Assembly (NCBI GenBank): GCA_964016885.1
Contig: OZ024741.1
Location: 7,192,001 to 7,256,000, forward strand
From: Eledone cirrhosa
Taxonomy: Eukaryota
Reading direction: 5' to 3'
Length of the DNA stretch: 64,000 bases
Numbering within the stretch: position 1 is the first letter of the stretch; the number at the start of each line of letters is the position of its first letter. This document shows, in pieces, positions 38,833 through 55,000 of the stretch. The notes under the pieces were generated by a model. That model ran no database searches and had not been told where the DNA came from. It was given only the letters and a program-made list of their open reading frames with translations. The position numbers and the translations under genes are program-made.

Positions 38833-39004
38833 TATATATATGTGTATATATATATATGTGTGTGTGTATATATGAATGTATGGCTGTCTGGTGTGATAGT
38901 GTGAAGACGGAGACACTGTGTTGGAACCACCTTTGATCACAACCATGTCATATTTTTACACGTTTTCCTGTCACGCCCTTATCCTTGGTGTTTCTTAAGC
39001 TTGA

Positions 39005-39500
39005 GACACCACCCCACCACACACCTCCCCACGCCTCCCAACACCTCCACCACCCCACCACACACCTCCCCACACCTCCACCACCACACACCTCCCCATA
39101 CCTCCACCACCACACATCTCCCCGCACCTCCACCACCATACACCTCCCAACACCTCCAGCACCACACACCTCCACCACCACGCACCTCCCCACACCTCCA
39201 CCACCACACACCTCCCCGCACCTCCACCTCCACCACCACCACCACACACCTCCCCACACCTCCCCACACCTCCACCACCACGCACCTCCCCACACCTCCA
39301 CCACCACACACCTCCCCGCACCTCCCCACACCTCCCCGCACCTCCACCACCACCACCACACACCTCCCCACATCTCCACCCCCACACACCTCCACCACTA
39401 CCACCACACACCTCCCCACACCTCCACCACCACCACCACACACCTCCCCACACCTCCACCACCACACACCTCCACCACAACACACCTCCCACGCCTCCAT
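39005..39500. repeat. C-rich minisatellite (CCACCACACACCTCCCCACA-like)
   Basis: Degenerate tandem units. Confidence 0.85.
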
Positions 39501-39694
39501 CAGTTACTAATGGACCTTAGTGGTGCTGCATTGTCTCATTCCTTTTGAAGTCAGCACTAATTGTGCTGATGGTGAAGGTCGTGGGTGGAAAGCCGTTGTT
39601 TCTTCTGCTGAACTGTCTTCTATAGTCACAGTTAGTCATTCACCATCTCTTTTGCATCACACTAATTCTTACAACCAACCTCCCATCTCCTGCT

Positions 39695-40236
39695 CCACCA
39701 CCACCACCACCACCACCAACACCACCACCAACAGCACCACCACCACCACCACCAGCACGACCACCATTACCACATATTACACCCACCACCCCAGACACAA
39801 GTTTATCACCAACAACACAGGAAAAACAACCACAGAAACCAACCCCAAACCTACGACTACCACTGTTCTCATCTCCCCCACACTGCACACCACCACCACC
39901 ACCAACACCACCACCACCACCACCACCACCACCACCACCACCACAACCACCACCAACACTACCACCAACACCACCACCACCACCACAAACACCATCACCA
40001 CTAACACTACCAACACAACCGCCACCACCACCACCAACACTACCACCACCACTACCACCAACACCACTACCACTACCACTACCACTACCACCACTACCAA
40101 CACCACCGCCACCACCAACACTACCACCACCACCACAACCACCACCACTACCGCCACCACCAACACTACCACCATCACCACAACCACCACCACCACTAAC
40201 ACTACCACCACCACCACCACCACCACCACCACCACC
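39695..40236. repeat. Degenerate (ACC)n microsatellite
   Basis: Direct inspection. Confidence 0.85.
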
Positions 40237-40456
40237 CGACACAAGTAGATGTAAAAAGCCCTTCATCAGACGGCATAACCATCTTCCTGTTCCGCGGTGG
40301 TAACCCCTTATCCGGGATGTCACATACAGCGACACCTTCTCCAGCGGCAGCCTGGTGCAGTCTGCGACTAATCCAGGCTCTGCTGCATTTTGTGGTCGAG
40401 CCTGAAGCAGTGGAGACTTCTGGTGTCCTTGGCTCGAGGACTACCTCCCTACTCAC

Positions 40457-40642
40457 CACTATTAGCATAGAGTTGGTTACCCGTAAGTGTGTCTCGCAAG
40501 CTGGAATTACTCTTCCAGCGCATCTCCCTCACCATCCTCCCAGAAACGTCTTCTGCATTCTGTCCGCTGGGGCCGCGGGGTTGTCTGCGTGTCGGCCCCC
40601 ATTTGTGAGAGATGGGGAGAGCGGCAGAGATGGAGGCAGTCT
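40457..40642 (-). CDS. Candidate 186-nt phase 1-1 host exon
   Basis: tttttaatgacttcAG| ... AGTG|GTGAGT; open frame ETASISAALP...NQLYANSG; GC-richer unique DNA; no recognisable domain. Confidence 0.3.
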
Positions 40643-40692
40643 CTGAAGTCATTAAAAACATTCTAGTTACGATAATATATATATATATATAA

Positions 40693-43600
40693 TCAGACCC
40701 CGAGCAACTTCACCGGGCCCTCCGTCCAACGTCCGAACGCCGTTGGAGGCCATCGGTTTGCCCCTCCACTCGCCGAGTTGCAAACCGGCTGACTTGTCCC
40801 AGTTCAGCTTAGCCCCTGTAAACGTTTCGTATTCCTCCAGTAAGGTGCCGATCACTCCGATTTCCGAGGCGGTTGACACCATTACTGTCACGTCATCGGC
40901 GTAGGCCGACACCGCTTTCCGCAATCCCGGTTCAAAAGAGATGCCCTGTAACAACTCCAACTTCCGCAGCAGTGGCTCTAGGTCCAATACATACAGTAGG
41001 GAGGAGAGAGGGCATCCCTGTCGGATGGACCGCGTGATTTCGAACGCCTCTGAGAGGTAGCCGTTCACCTTGACCCTAGAGCAGACGCGGCTGCTGTGCA
41101 TGGCAGTGATCCAGCCCCTGAAAACGGGTCCGAAACCTGCCGTCACTAGCACCGCATCCAGGTAACGATGGTCGACCCTATCGAACGCCTTAGATTGATC
41201 CAAGTTGATCAGGGCCCCACCAAAGCCGTGTTCGTTCCCAACCCTCTTTATGATGTATCGCATGAGATGGAGGTTGTCGTGAATGGACCTGGACGGGATG
41301 GCGCATGTCTGCGCATCTCCCACCAGGTTGCCCACGACAAGCGCCAACCTCTTTGCTAACACCTTCGCCAAAATCTTTAACTCTGCATTTAGCAGAGTTA
41401 TGGGCCTAAAATTACTAATGTCATCCCCCTTGTTCTCGTCCTTCCTCACTAGCGAGACTACGCCCTTGGTCACAGAACAGGGAATTCTCCCGTTCTGTTG
41501 CCAGTTGCAGTAGACCGCTTCGAGGAGATCGAAGAACAGGTCCGGCATACTTAAATACAGTTCGTATGAAAGACCATCGAGGCCCAGAGATTTGCGTCTG
41601 CCGCATAGGCTCAGCACGCCCCCTACTTCAGCAGCTGAGATCGGCCTCTCGCAGGACTTCGCCTCCTCGTCCGAAAGACGCGGAAGGCCGTCGAGGTTTG
41701 GACAGAGGTCTACATCCCCATCCGGCCCCTCCTCCCTTCCGAACAATCGGGCAAAGTGCCTTTGAAAGGCCTCGCACATCTGCTTAGGCTCAAGGATCAC
41801 CCGTCCATCCTGGTCTCGCAAAGACCGGATAGTGGATCTAGTCCCACTTTTCGCTTCTGTCACGCGGGCCCAGCTAACAGCTTTGGTCCCCTCGTTTCCC
41901 AGAGCACGTATTTTGCTTCGGACAACGCAGCCTTCGTGTTTCGCGTCGAAGAACTGGCCCAGGGCCGTTCTCGACGCTAGCACTCTGGCTACGTCGCCGC
42001 TTCTAATTGCCTCTTCTACACTATCTACCAACTCCCTTTCCTTCCTATTTCTATCTGAGGCTAACTCCTATTGACGCTACTCTAATCTCTCTTTTGAGGG
42101 AGCTCCACCACCTGCTGTTGACGATGGCGCCCGTCAACCGCTCCTTAACTAATATACTAATCCGGTTCCTGTAAGCTTTACTTGCCGGTAAGGACAAGTT
42201 GAGCTTCCAGTAACCGGGTCCCTGGCTATGCGTTCTATCAAGGTTGACCATGGAGGTCACTAAATTGTGGTCTGAATAGCCATGAGCATTTTTGGACAAC
42301 TTAAAATGCTCAACCATGAGCATTTTTGGACAACTTAAAATGTCCCTATCCTTATTTCTAACTAAGAACCTATCTAGGTACGATCTAGATTGACCGCTAT
42401 GGTTTCTCCAAGTCCAGGTTGGCACAGTCGGAAAATCTAGTCGATGGAAGAAGTCCGGCCGCGTTGACCCAAAAGAGCCGTAGACGGCGACCAGCCTAAA
42501 AGCTCCGCCTTCACCACTGCCAATGTCCAGAACCACTAGTCGACCCTCCGGGTCCAAGTGTACCGTCTGTGTAGCGAGACCCAGATGTTTTTGCAGCAGA
42601 ACGACAACCCCACCCCCACCTCCGGGCTGACAGAGAGATGCGTGCATCTCAAAGTCATCAAAGGTGGGGGCCAGCAAATAACCATCACATTTATTCATCG
42701 TGACCTGAGGTCATTTAGAAGCATTGCTTGCTTCCAAGGTGAGCCCAGGCCACCCGCATTTAGACAACCTACTCTCAACACAGCCATGTTGGTGGTAAAG
42801 AGAAAAGGCACTTACCTCTCTGCGTCCCGGGGACCGGCCCCGCACATTTTCCATGGGGGTGGGGGATGGGTTGTTGGGTGGGGTGGTGGTTTGTGGAAGT
42901 GTAGGGGCATCAGTATATGGTGGGTTTGGGGTGTTTGGAGTTGTGTGGGTGTCTGGGGGGGGGGGGGCATTTTTTAGGAGGACATGGTTAATGGGTCTGA
43001 CGCAGGGGGGCCCCAAGTCCTCTTTAAAAGTGTCTTTTAACGTTTTGTAAATGTCCATTGGGGTTTTTATCATTTTTAGATGGGGAAGCCCCGTTGCTTG
43101 TGCGAAATTCGAACCTTCGGTTTTTATTAAGTTGTTATAAATAACGTTTAACAGTTTTTTGTTTGTGTTTATGTAAGTGTATGCATATTTTTCTTTTTGT
43201 GTGATGTTTTTTGTTTGCTGTTGTTGTGTGTTTTTTGTGTTGATGTCTGTGTTATGTATTGGGGAGGGGTTGTTTGTATTTGTGTTCCTGTGGTGTGTTA
43301 TCTTTTAACTTTATGAAAGTGTCCCCCCCCCCTCGTCTGACGACGAAAGGGGGTCCTCTTCCGTATTCGAGGGGAGGGGGTACATTTTCGGCTCGTGTTT
43401 GTGGTGTGGGTGTTATTGTATTTGTTTTCTCTGTGTGTGTGTGTGGTGGTGGTGGTGGTGGTGGGGGGGGGGGGGTTCAGTTGTGTTTTAACTTGTGGTG
43501 TTAGTTGTTTTTGTGGTGGTGGTGGAGGTTGTGTTGGTAGTGTTGTAGTTGTTGGTGTGGGCAACATCGCTGTTTTTTTGTTTGCTTGGGAACAGGCAGC

Positions 43601-44935
43601 CCTCAGGTGACCTCTGCACCACAGAAGTAACAAGCGGGTCGTCTACCCTACACTGTGATGTGAAAGTAGGCAAGCCCATCCAGCAATATGCGGTCGGGGA
43701 TCCTAGCAATTCGTTCTGGCTGCATTTGCACCAGAACTTGCAGGCTAATTCCACCAAACACGTTGCTGGAAGACTTACCTACCGAAATTACTGCATCCTC
43801 TTTCAAGTCGAAGAGGCCACACAGTAGCGCCCAGAAATCAATATCAGGATCGATACTGTGTATGGTCAATCTTTGCGTTCTTCTTCCCAAATAAGTGGGG
43901 AAGAAGGTAAATAAAGGGGACACAATTGGGGCCAGGGAATGTTTTTCGGCCGTCAATTTATCTTTCAGATGGATAGACTACCGTAGAGTCTATCCTTCCG
44001 AATGAATACAATGTTTTTCAGATGATCTTTTAAAGCCAGTTCAATCTCTGTCTGTGTGAGTTGTACTGGCTTACGGGTTTTGTTGGATATTGTCCTATAA
44101 ATAATAGTTTTTAAGCTATTTTCCTTTTTTAGCTTTGGGGGAGAATTTAAAGAAAAAAGACCATTCTCCTCCAAAGTTATATACTTCCGTACATTTTCCA
44201 TTTGCTGGACCATGTTCGAAATGTCAATAGGTTCATACACAATGGTTTTTTTCGTAGCTTGAGCGAACGTCATTTTGTTCGCCCTCTCTTTGTTTACATT
44301 TGTCGAAATGTGGTTGTTTTCTTGATTTTTGTTGTTACAATTTTTTTTTTCTTGTGTTTGTGTTATTTATGTTGGTGTATGCGTTCACATTTTTTTCCCC
44401 GTTGGGGTTAGACTCCATTTTTTCAAAATGTTCACTTATATTTTCAGTATCCAAGAGATTTGTAGTCACAGCTACTACTTCTCTTTCACCTTTGCTGGTG
44501 GGCGTGGCACCGTGAAAAGTCAAAACGGCATCCATTAATGTTGGCAATTTCTCCGAGTCAATTTTTTTCACATTTTTTTCATTAGGGTTAGGCTCCATTT
44601 TTTCAATGTTTCTAATAATCATTATTCTTTCAGTGGGGAGGCTTGTTGTCTCCGCTACCCGCTCTCTTTCAGTTTGTTTAGTGGGCGTGTCATAGTTACC
44701 TGTGGTAATGGCTTCCATTACCACTAGCGTAGAGACAATTACAAGATTTTTAGGATGAAAAATTTCACCCCAAAAGGGGTGAAATAAATTAACCCTAGTG
44801 TCCGAAGACCCAGGCAAGGGGGTTAATTAACGCAAGAAATCAGACAAACGTTTACTGTTAACACGTAATATATTCAATAATCGAGGAGCCTATGTGAAGA
44901 ACGTCTATACCATCCGGAGATAGATAGATACACGT
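40693..44935 (-). mobile_element. Decayed Tx1/L1-like LINE: ORF1 with zinc-knuckle remnant, ORF2 APE + RT, 3' end lost
   Basis: GGGGGVVVLL, SYLDRF, SDH, GPGYWKLN, NFRPITLLN, LDQSKAFDRVDH, RQGCPLS, YADD; ORF1 fragments TFAQATKK and C..C...GHLRAAC; multiple frameshifts. Confidence 0.85.
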
Positions 44936-45190
44936 ATTTATTGTCCGAAAGTAGGGCTCTATAGATCATTGACCATCTTGTCAACACTGTGTTTGCACGC
45001 GCGCGTGTATGAGAGAGAAATTATCAGAGAGAGTGAGAGAAAGAGAGAGAGAAATAAAGAAAGAGAGAGAGAGAGAGAAATGTAGGGAGCAAAATATCAA
45101 ATTACCATTTCCCAAACAAATCTAGTACAAAGTGGTTGTCACTTGATACTTGCATTTTATTAAAATAGATATGTAGATATATAGATGCAC

Positions 45191-45805
<615 letters not shown>

Positions 45806-45824
45806 ATATATATACATATATATA

Positions 45825-47566
<1,742 letters not shown>

Positions 47567-47607
47567 TATATGTATATACATACATACACACACACACATA
47601 TATTATG

Positions 47608-47668
<61 letters not shown>

Positions 47669-47756
47669 TTATATCCCCTTCACACTGTCTCTCTCTATCT
47701 CACTGTTTAACTCTCACTCTATATCTATCCCTCCTTCTTCACCGTTACATTCTGTG

Positions 47757-47810
<54 letters not shown>

Positions 47811-47815
<5 letters not shown>

Positions 47816-49350
47816 AATTAAGTTAAAAATGTACATCTACATATGCATACTGAAATACTAGTATGCATATGAATACACACACGTATACATATGTAGATGT
47901 ACCAAGTCTTTCACTGGTTACTTTACTGTGAGTAATCCAGCTATTCTGTATGTAAACACACAGACAAACCGGTTTTTAGAGTCATACTGGTTTTCGAGGA
48001 AACACCTTTCCTCTATTCTCCAGAAAGCCAGACAAGGAATATTGAACTAGTTTCGTTGTTGTTACAACTCATCAGCAATATTTACCTATCTACCGGCCTT
48101 TCTGGAGAATCGTAAAAGCACATATCGTTATATGCTTTTTCTATGAAAATTAGTAGTGGGCAGACTAATTTGCATAGAGTGTGAGTACGTACCGGTTCAA
48201 CGGAGACGATAAAAACAAATAACGAAACGAAATTAAATTTCGTTTCGTTTGTAACTCACTTTTGTATGACTGACGCTTAAACAATTAAGTTAAAAATGTA
48301 CATCTACATATGCATACTGAAATACTAGTATGCATATGAATACACACACGTATACATATGTAGATGTACCAAGTCTTTCACTGGTTACTTTACTGTGAGT
48401 AATCCAGCTATTCTGTATGTAAACACACAGACAAACCGGTTTTTAGAGTCATACTGGTTTTCGAGGAAACACCTTTCCTCTATTCTCCAGAAAGCCAGAC
48501 AAGGAATATTGAACTAGTTTCGTTGTTGTTACAACTCATCAGCAATATTTACCTATCTACCGGCCTTTCTGGAGAATCGTAAAAGCACATATCGTTATAT
48601 GCTTTTATTCTGGAGAATAGAGGAAAGGTGTTTCCTCGAAAACCAGTATGACTCTAAAAACCGGTTTGTCTGTGTGTTTACATACAGAATAGCTGGATTA
48701 CTCACAGTAAAGTAACCAGTGAAAGACTTGGTACATCTACATATGTATACGTGTGTGTATTCATATGCATACTAGTATTTCAGTATGCATATGTAGATGT
48801 ACATTTTTAACTTAATTGTTTAAGCGTCAGTCATACAAAAGTGAGTTACAAACGAAACGAAATTTAATTTCGTTTCGTTATTTGTTTTTATCGTCTCCGT
48901 TGAACCGGTACGTACTCACACTCTATGCAAATTAGTCTGCCCACTACTAATTTTCATAGAAAAAGCATATAACGATATGTGCTTTTACGATTCTCCAGAA
49001 AGGCCGGTAGATAGGTAAATATTGCTGATGAGTTGTAACAACAACGAAACTAGTTCAATATTCCTTGTCTGGCTTTCTGGAGAATAGAGGAAAGGTGTTT
49101 CCTCGAAAACCAGTATGACTCTAAAAACCGGTTTGTCTGTGTGTTTACATACAGAATAGCTGGATTACTCACAGTAAAGTAACCAGTGAAAGACTTGGTA
49201 CATCTACATATGTATACGTGTGTGTATTCATATGCATACTAGTATTTCAGTATGCATATGTAGATGTACATTTTTAACTTAATTGTTTAAGCGTCAGTCA
49301 TACAAAAGTGAGTTACAAACGAAACGAAATTTAATTTCGTTTCGTTATTT

Positions 49351-49353
<3 letters not shown>
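47811..49353. mobile_element. Retrozyme-like element: 467-bp monomer in tandem then inverted, three hammerheads
   Basis: Monomers 47811-48277 and 48278-48606 (partial) on -, then 48608-49353 on +. Hammerheads at 48038-48082(-), 48505-48549(-), 49018-49062(+). Confidence 0.85.
49018..49062 (+). ncRNA. Canonical minimal type I hammerhead ribozyme
   Basis: aatattg CTGATGA GTTGT-aaca-ACAAC-like stem II GAAA CTAG TT caatatt; palindromic stem III AACTAGTT. Confidence 0.92.
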
Positions 49354-49446
<93 letters not shown>

Positions 49447-49481
49447 CTATATATCTATTTATATAGTTTCATGCGTGTGCG

Positions 49482-49514
<33 letters not shown>

Positions 49515-49694
49515 CCGTTTCACACACTCTCTATCTCACTCTTTCACTCTCCCACTTTAACTACCCCCCCCCACTCCTCCAACCAGATCAACGACAATAA
49601 GAAATAATCGACAAATGCTGCAGTTTAGCAGACGATAACACGCCTGCTGTAATGGAGGTCCGATCACATGATACTTGATATGTTTATCCTCCTC

Positions 49695-49783
49695 CTTCAC
49701 CACCACCAATACTACTACTACTACCACCACCACTTCTACCACCACCACCACTGCTACTACTACTACTATCAACACCACTTCTT

Positions 49784-49840
<57 letters not shown>

Positions 49841-50025
49841 TTACTACTACCACCACCACTACTACTACCACCACCACCACAACCAACACCACCGCTGCCG
49901 CCACCACCATTAATACTACCAGCACCACCACTACCACCACACACCACCACCACCACCATCACCACCGCCACCACCTCCACCACCACCACCAGCACCACCA
50001 CCACCAGCACCACCACCACTACCAC
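49695..50025. repeat. (ACT)n/(ACC)n microsatellite
   Basis: Direct inspection. Confidence 0.85.
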
Positions 50026-50158
50026 CTTTCTAATTTACTCTTCGTTTTCACTTTTTATCGTGTTGGCCATGTTTTTATAAGTATCTGATTTCAAGGTGGT
50101 GGTGGTGGTGGTGGTGGTGGTAGTGGTGGTGGTGGTAATTGTGGTGGTGGTGGTGGTG

Positions 50159-50676
50159 GTCTGTGGTGTCAACACAGTCAGAAATCTCGTCTGTGATGTC
50201 AACACAGTTAGAGATCTCGTGTGTGGTGTCAACACAGTCAGAAATCTCGTGTGTGGTGTGAACACAGTAAAAAATCTCGTCTGTGATGTCAACACAGTCA
50301 GAGATCTCGTGTGTGGTGTCAACACAGTCAGAAATCTCGTGTGTGGTGTCAACACAGTCAGAAATCTCGTCTGTGATGTCAACACAGTCAGAGATCTCGT
50401 GTGTGGTGTCAACACAGTAAGAAATCTCGTGTGTGGTGTGAACACAGTCAAAAATCTCGTCTGTGATGTCAACACAGTCAGAGATCTCGTGTGTGGTGTC
50501 AACACAGTCAGAAATCTCGTCTGTGATGTCAACACAGTCAGGGATCACGTGTGTGGTGTCAACACAGTCAGAAATCTCTTGTGTGGTGCCAACACAGTCA
50601 GAAATCTCGTGTGTGGTGTCAACATAGTCAGAAATCTCGTGTGTGGTGTCAACACAGCCAGAGATCTCGTCTGTGG
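50159..50676. repeat. 30-bp minisatellite, about 17 copies (GTGTGGTGTCAACACAGTCAGAAATCTCGT)
   Basis: Two units per 60-nt line. Confidence 0.95.
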
Positions 50677-50795
50677 GGCGAGAATGGCAAGAGAAATACT
50701 TAAACAAAGAAAGAAAGGAAAGATGCGAGATAATAATATTAGATCATGGTTCAGCTAAGTACTCAATACTTGGTAAAGCAGAGTGTAGGTATTGT

Positions 50796-50857
<62 letters not shown>

Positions 50858-51376
50858 AGAAAAATGGGGGTATACACATAGATATAACAATAGTCATATA
50901 GTTATATATAGAAATAGATACACACACACACACACAGATACGTATATATCTACTTATATATATAACCAGCAATTTTCTGTCTGTCTGTCCGACAGTGGAA
51001 ACACGTGCGTAGAGAGAGAGAGTGAGAGTGAAAGAAAGAGACAGACTACGAGAGGGGGATAGCGGGAGGGAGAGAGAGAGTGAATAGACGCTAAAATACG
51101 TGCTACAGAAACATTACCTTCCCCTCTCCACTGACTTTGGTCACTGAGGCCGAGGGAATCGCTGGTTTCTATAGAGACACCTTGCACAAGCCAGAAGTAA
51201 CCAGTTCGAGGCGGTTCTGACTTGACACCATGCGAAGAAGGTTGCCATTGAATTTGTGGTTTGAAGAAGGTTGCCATTGAATTTGTGGTTGTTGCTGCTG
51301 ATAATAAGGACCATTTGAAGAAAGTTGCTGCTGATGAGGTAATTTATTAATCAGATTGCGCAGTTCCATAACCTAC

Positions 51377-51536
51377 GTTTGATGTATACGAGCGATTAAT
51401 GGCCGGCTTTGCCATATTCACATAAAAAAAATTTTTAAAAATTATTACTATATATATATATAGTAATAATTAAAAAAATTTTTTTTTTTATGTGAATATG
51501 GCAAAGCCGGCCATTAATCGCTCGTATACATGAAAC
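51377..51536. repeat. Symmetric ~160-bp palindrome centred on (TA)n (MITE-like)
   Basis: tgtatacgagcgattaatggccggctttgccatattcacat and its exact reverse complement. Confidence 0.8.
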
Positions 51537-51812
51537 TGATTGGCCAGTCTGCTGATATGCAAATCTGGCTGATCAGTGGATCTACTAATATGTAAATCAG
51601 GCCGATCAGTCACTGTATATTTTAGAAAATACCATATATTTTCACTAGCTCTGACAGTTGGCAGTTGAACAGTGAGCTGTACTGATGAAGGGTGATACCC
51701 TGCAATTCTGTTTACATGCCAACACAAGAGCAAGAATGAGGGGCTCATTCTACTGACATGGCTTTAAAAAAGAGGCTGTTTGCATAATTGCAAACGAATC
51801 GAATATTATCGA

Positions 51813-52005
51813 GGGCGGTAAATTGTAAGTATCAGTAAAGGGTTGGACGCCATGCTTTCTAGCATAGTTACGTCCCTTTACGGTCAGAGTTCAAATCCCG
51901 TCGAAGTTAACTTTGCTTTTCATCCTTACGGGGGCGATAAAATAAAGTACCAATAATACACTGAAAATTGCTGGCCTTGTGCCAAAAGTAGAAACAATTA
52001 TTATT
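51813..52005 (+). mobile_element. Degenerate octopus-type SINE
   Basis: gagttcaaatccc B box; ctttgcttttcatcct..gataaaataaagtacca; attgctggccttgtgccaaaa 3' end (recognised from memory). Confidence 0.65.
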
Positions 52006-52019
52006 AATATATATATATC

Positions 52020-55000
52020 TGGTGGTGTTGGTTGTGGCAGTGATAGTGGTGATGTTGTTATTGTTGGTGGTGATGGTGGTGATGGTGTTAGTGGTGGTGG
52101 TGATGGTGGTGGTGGTGTTAGTGGTGGTGGTAGTTATGGTGGTAGTGATGATGGTGATAGTGGTGGTGGTGTTAGTGGTGGTGGTGTTATTGTTGGTGGT
52201 GATGGTGGTGATGGTGATAGTGGTGGTGGTGATAGTGGTGGTGGTGATGGTGGTGGTGGTGTTAGTGGTGGTGGTAGTTATGGTGGTAGTGATGATGGTG
52301 ATAGTGGTGGTGGTGTTAGTGGTGGTGGTGTTATTGTTGGTGGTGATGGTGGTGATGGTGTTAGTGGTGGTGGTGTTAGGGTGGTGGTGTTAGTGGTGGT
52401 GGTGTTAGTGGTGGTGGTGATAGTGGTGGTGGTGTTAGTGGTGGTGGTGATAGTGGTGGTGGTGTTAGTGGTGGTGGTGATAGTGGTGGTGGTGTTAGTG
52501 GTGGTGGTGATAGTGGTGGTGGTGTTAGTGGTGGTGGTGCTAGTGGTGGTGGTGGTGATAGTGGTGGTGGTGTTAGTGGTGGTGGTGTTAGTGGTGGTGG
52601 TGATAGTGGTGGTGGTGATAGTGGTGGTGGTGTTAGTGGTGGTGGTGATAGTGGTGGTGGTGTTAGTGGTGGTGGTGATAGTGGTGGTGGTGATAGTGGT
52701 GGTGGTGTTAGTGGTGGTGGTGATAGTGGTGGTGGTGTTAGTGGTGGTGGTGATAGTGGTGGTGGTGATAGTGGTGGTGGTGTTAGTGGTGGTGGTGTTA
52801 GTGGTGGTGGTGGTGATAGTGGTGGTGGTGATAGTGGTGGTGGTGATAGTGGTGGTGCTGTTAGTGGTGGTGGTGATAGTGGTGGTGGTGTTAGTGGTGG
52901 TGGTGGTGATAGTGGTGGTGGTGTTAGTGGTGGTGGTGGTGATAGTGGTGGTGGTGATAGTGGTGGTGGTGATAGTGGTGGTGGTGTTAGTGGTGGTGGT
53001 GATAGTGGTGGTGGTGTTAGTGGTGATGGTGATAGTGGTGGTGGTGATAGTGGTGGTGGTGATAGTGGTGGTGGTGATAGTGGTGGTGGTGTTAGTGGTG
53101 GTGGTGTTAGTGGTGGTGGTGTTAGTGGTGGTAGTGATAGTGGTGGTGGTGATAGTGGTGGTGGTGTTAGTGGTGGTGGGGATAGTGGTGGTGGTGTTAG
53201 TGGTGGTGGTGTTAGTGGTGGTGGTGATAGTGGTGGTGGTGATAGTGGTGGTGGTGTTAGTGGTGGTGGTGTTAGTGGTGGTGGGGTTAGTGGTGGTGGT
53301 GTTAGTGGTGGTGGTGATAGTGGTGGTGGTGGTGATAGTGGTGGTGGTGATAGTGGTGGTGTTGTTAGTGGTGGTGGTGTTAGTGGTGGTGGGGTTAGTG
53401 GTGGTGGTGATAGTGGTGGTGCTGTTAGTGGTGATTGTGATAGTGGTGGTGGTGATAGTGGTGGTGGTGATAGTGGTGGTGGTGATAGTGGTGGTGGTGT
53501 TAGTGGTGGTGGTGATAGTGGTGGTGGTGTTAGTGGTGGTGGTGTTAGTGGTGGTGGTGGTCATAGTGGTGGTGGTGTTAGTGGTGGTGGTGTTAGTGGT
53601 GGTGGTGATAGTGGTGGTGGTGTTGATAGTGGTGGTGGTGTTAGTGGTGGTGGTGTTAGTGGTGGTGGTGATAGTGGTGGTCGTGATAGTGGTGGTGGTG
53701 ATAGTGGTGGTGGTGTTGGTGGTGGTGGGGTTAGTGGTGGTGGTTATAGTGGTGGTGGTGTTAGTGGTGGTGGTGTTAGTGGTGGTGGTGGTGATAGTGG
53801 TGGTGGTGTTAGTGGTGGTGGTGTTAGTGGTGGTGGTGATAGTGGTGGTCGTGATAGTGGTGGTGGTGATAGTGGTGGTGGTGTTGGTGGTGGTGGGGTT
53901 AGTGGTGGTGGTTATAGTGGTGGTGGTGTTAGTGGTGGTGGTGTTAGTGGTGGTGGTGATAGTGGTGGTGGTGTTAGTGGTGGTGGGGTTAGTGGTGGTG
54001 GTGTTAGTGGTGGTGGTGATAGTGGTGGTGGGGTTAGTGGTGGTGGTGATAGTGGTGGTGGTGTTAGTGGTGGTGGGGATAGTGGTGGTGGTGATAGTGG
54101 TGGTGGTGTTAGTGGTGGTGGTGATAGTGGTGGTGGTGATAGTGGTGGTGTTAGTGGTGGTGGTGTTAGTGGTGGTGCGGTTAGTGGTGGTGGTGTTAGT
54201 GGTGGTGGTGATAGTGGTGGTGGGGTTAGTGGTGGTGGTGATAGTGGTGGTGGTGTTAGTGGTGGTGGGGTTAGTGGTGGTGGTGGTGATAGTGGTGGTG
54301 GTGTTAGTGGTGGTGGGGTTAGTGGTGGTGGTGATAGTGGTGGTGGTGTTAGTGGTGGTGGGGATAGTGGTGGTGGTGATAGTGGTGGTGGTGTTAGTGG
54401 TGGTGGTGATAGTGGTGGTGGTGATAGTGGTGGTGTTAGTGGTGGTGGTGTTAGTGGTGGTGCGGTTAGTGGTGGTGGTGTTAGTGGTGGTGGTGATAGT
54501 GGTGGTGGGGTTAGTGGTGGTGGTGATAGTGGTGGTGGTGATAGTGGTGGTGGGGTTAGTGGTGGTGGTGTTAGTGGTGGTGGTGATAGTGGTGGTGGTG
54601 TTAGTGGTGGTGGGGATAGTGGTGGTGGTGATAGTGGTGGTGGTGTTAGTGGTGGTGGTGATAGTGGTGGTGGTGATAGTGGTGGTGTTAGTGGTGGTGG
54701 TGTTAGTGGTGGTGCGGTTAGTGGTGGTGGTGTTAGTGGTGGTGGTGATAGTGGTGGTGGGGTTAGTGGTGGTGGTGATAGTGGTGGTGGTGATAGTGGT
54801 GGTGGGGTTAGTGGTGGTGGTGTTAGTGGTGGTGGTGATAGTGGTGGTGGTGTTAGTGGTGGTGGTGATAGTGGTGTTGGTGGTGGTGGGGTTAGTGGTG
54901 GTGGTTATAGTGGTGGTGGTGTTAGTGGTGGTGGTGTTAGTGGTGGTGGTGATAGTGGTGGTGGTGTTAGTGGTGGTGGGGTTAGTGGTGGTGGTGTTAG

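Noticed and set aside
39520-40248. Thr-rich mucin-like ORF on +
   Set aside because: Explained by the (ACC)n microsatellite; no other support
50159-50676. 30-bp array as CRISPR or repeat protein
   Set aside because: No unique spacers, eukaryotic context, open in several frames
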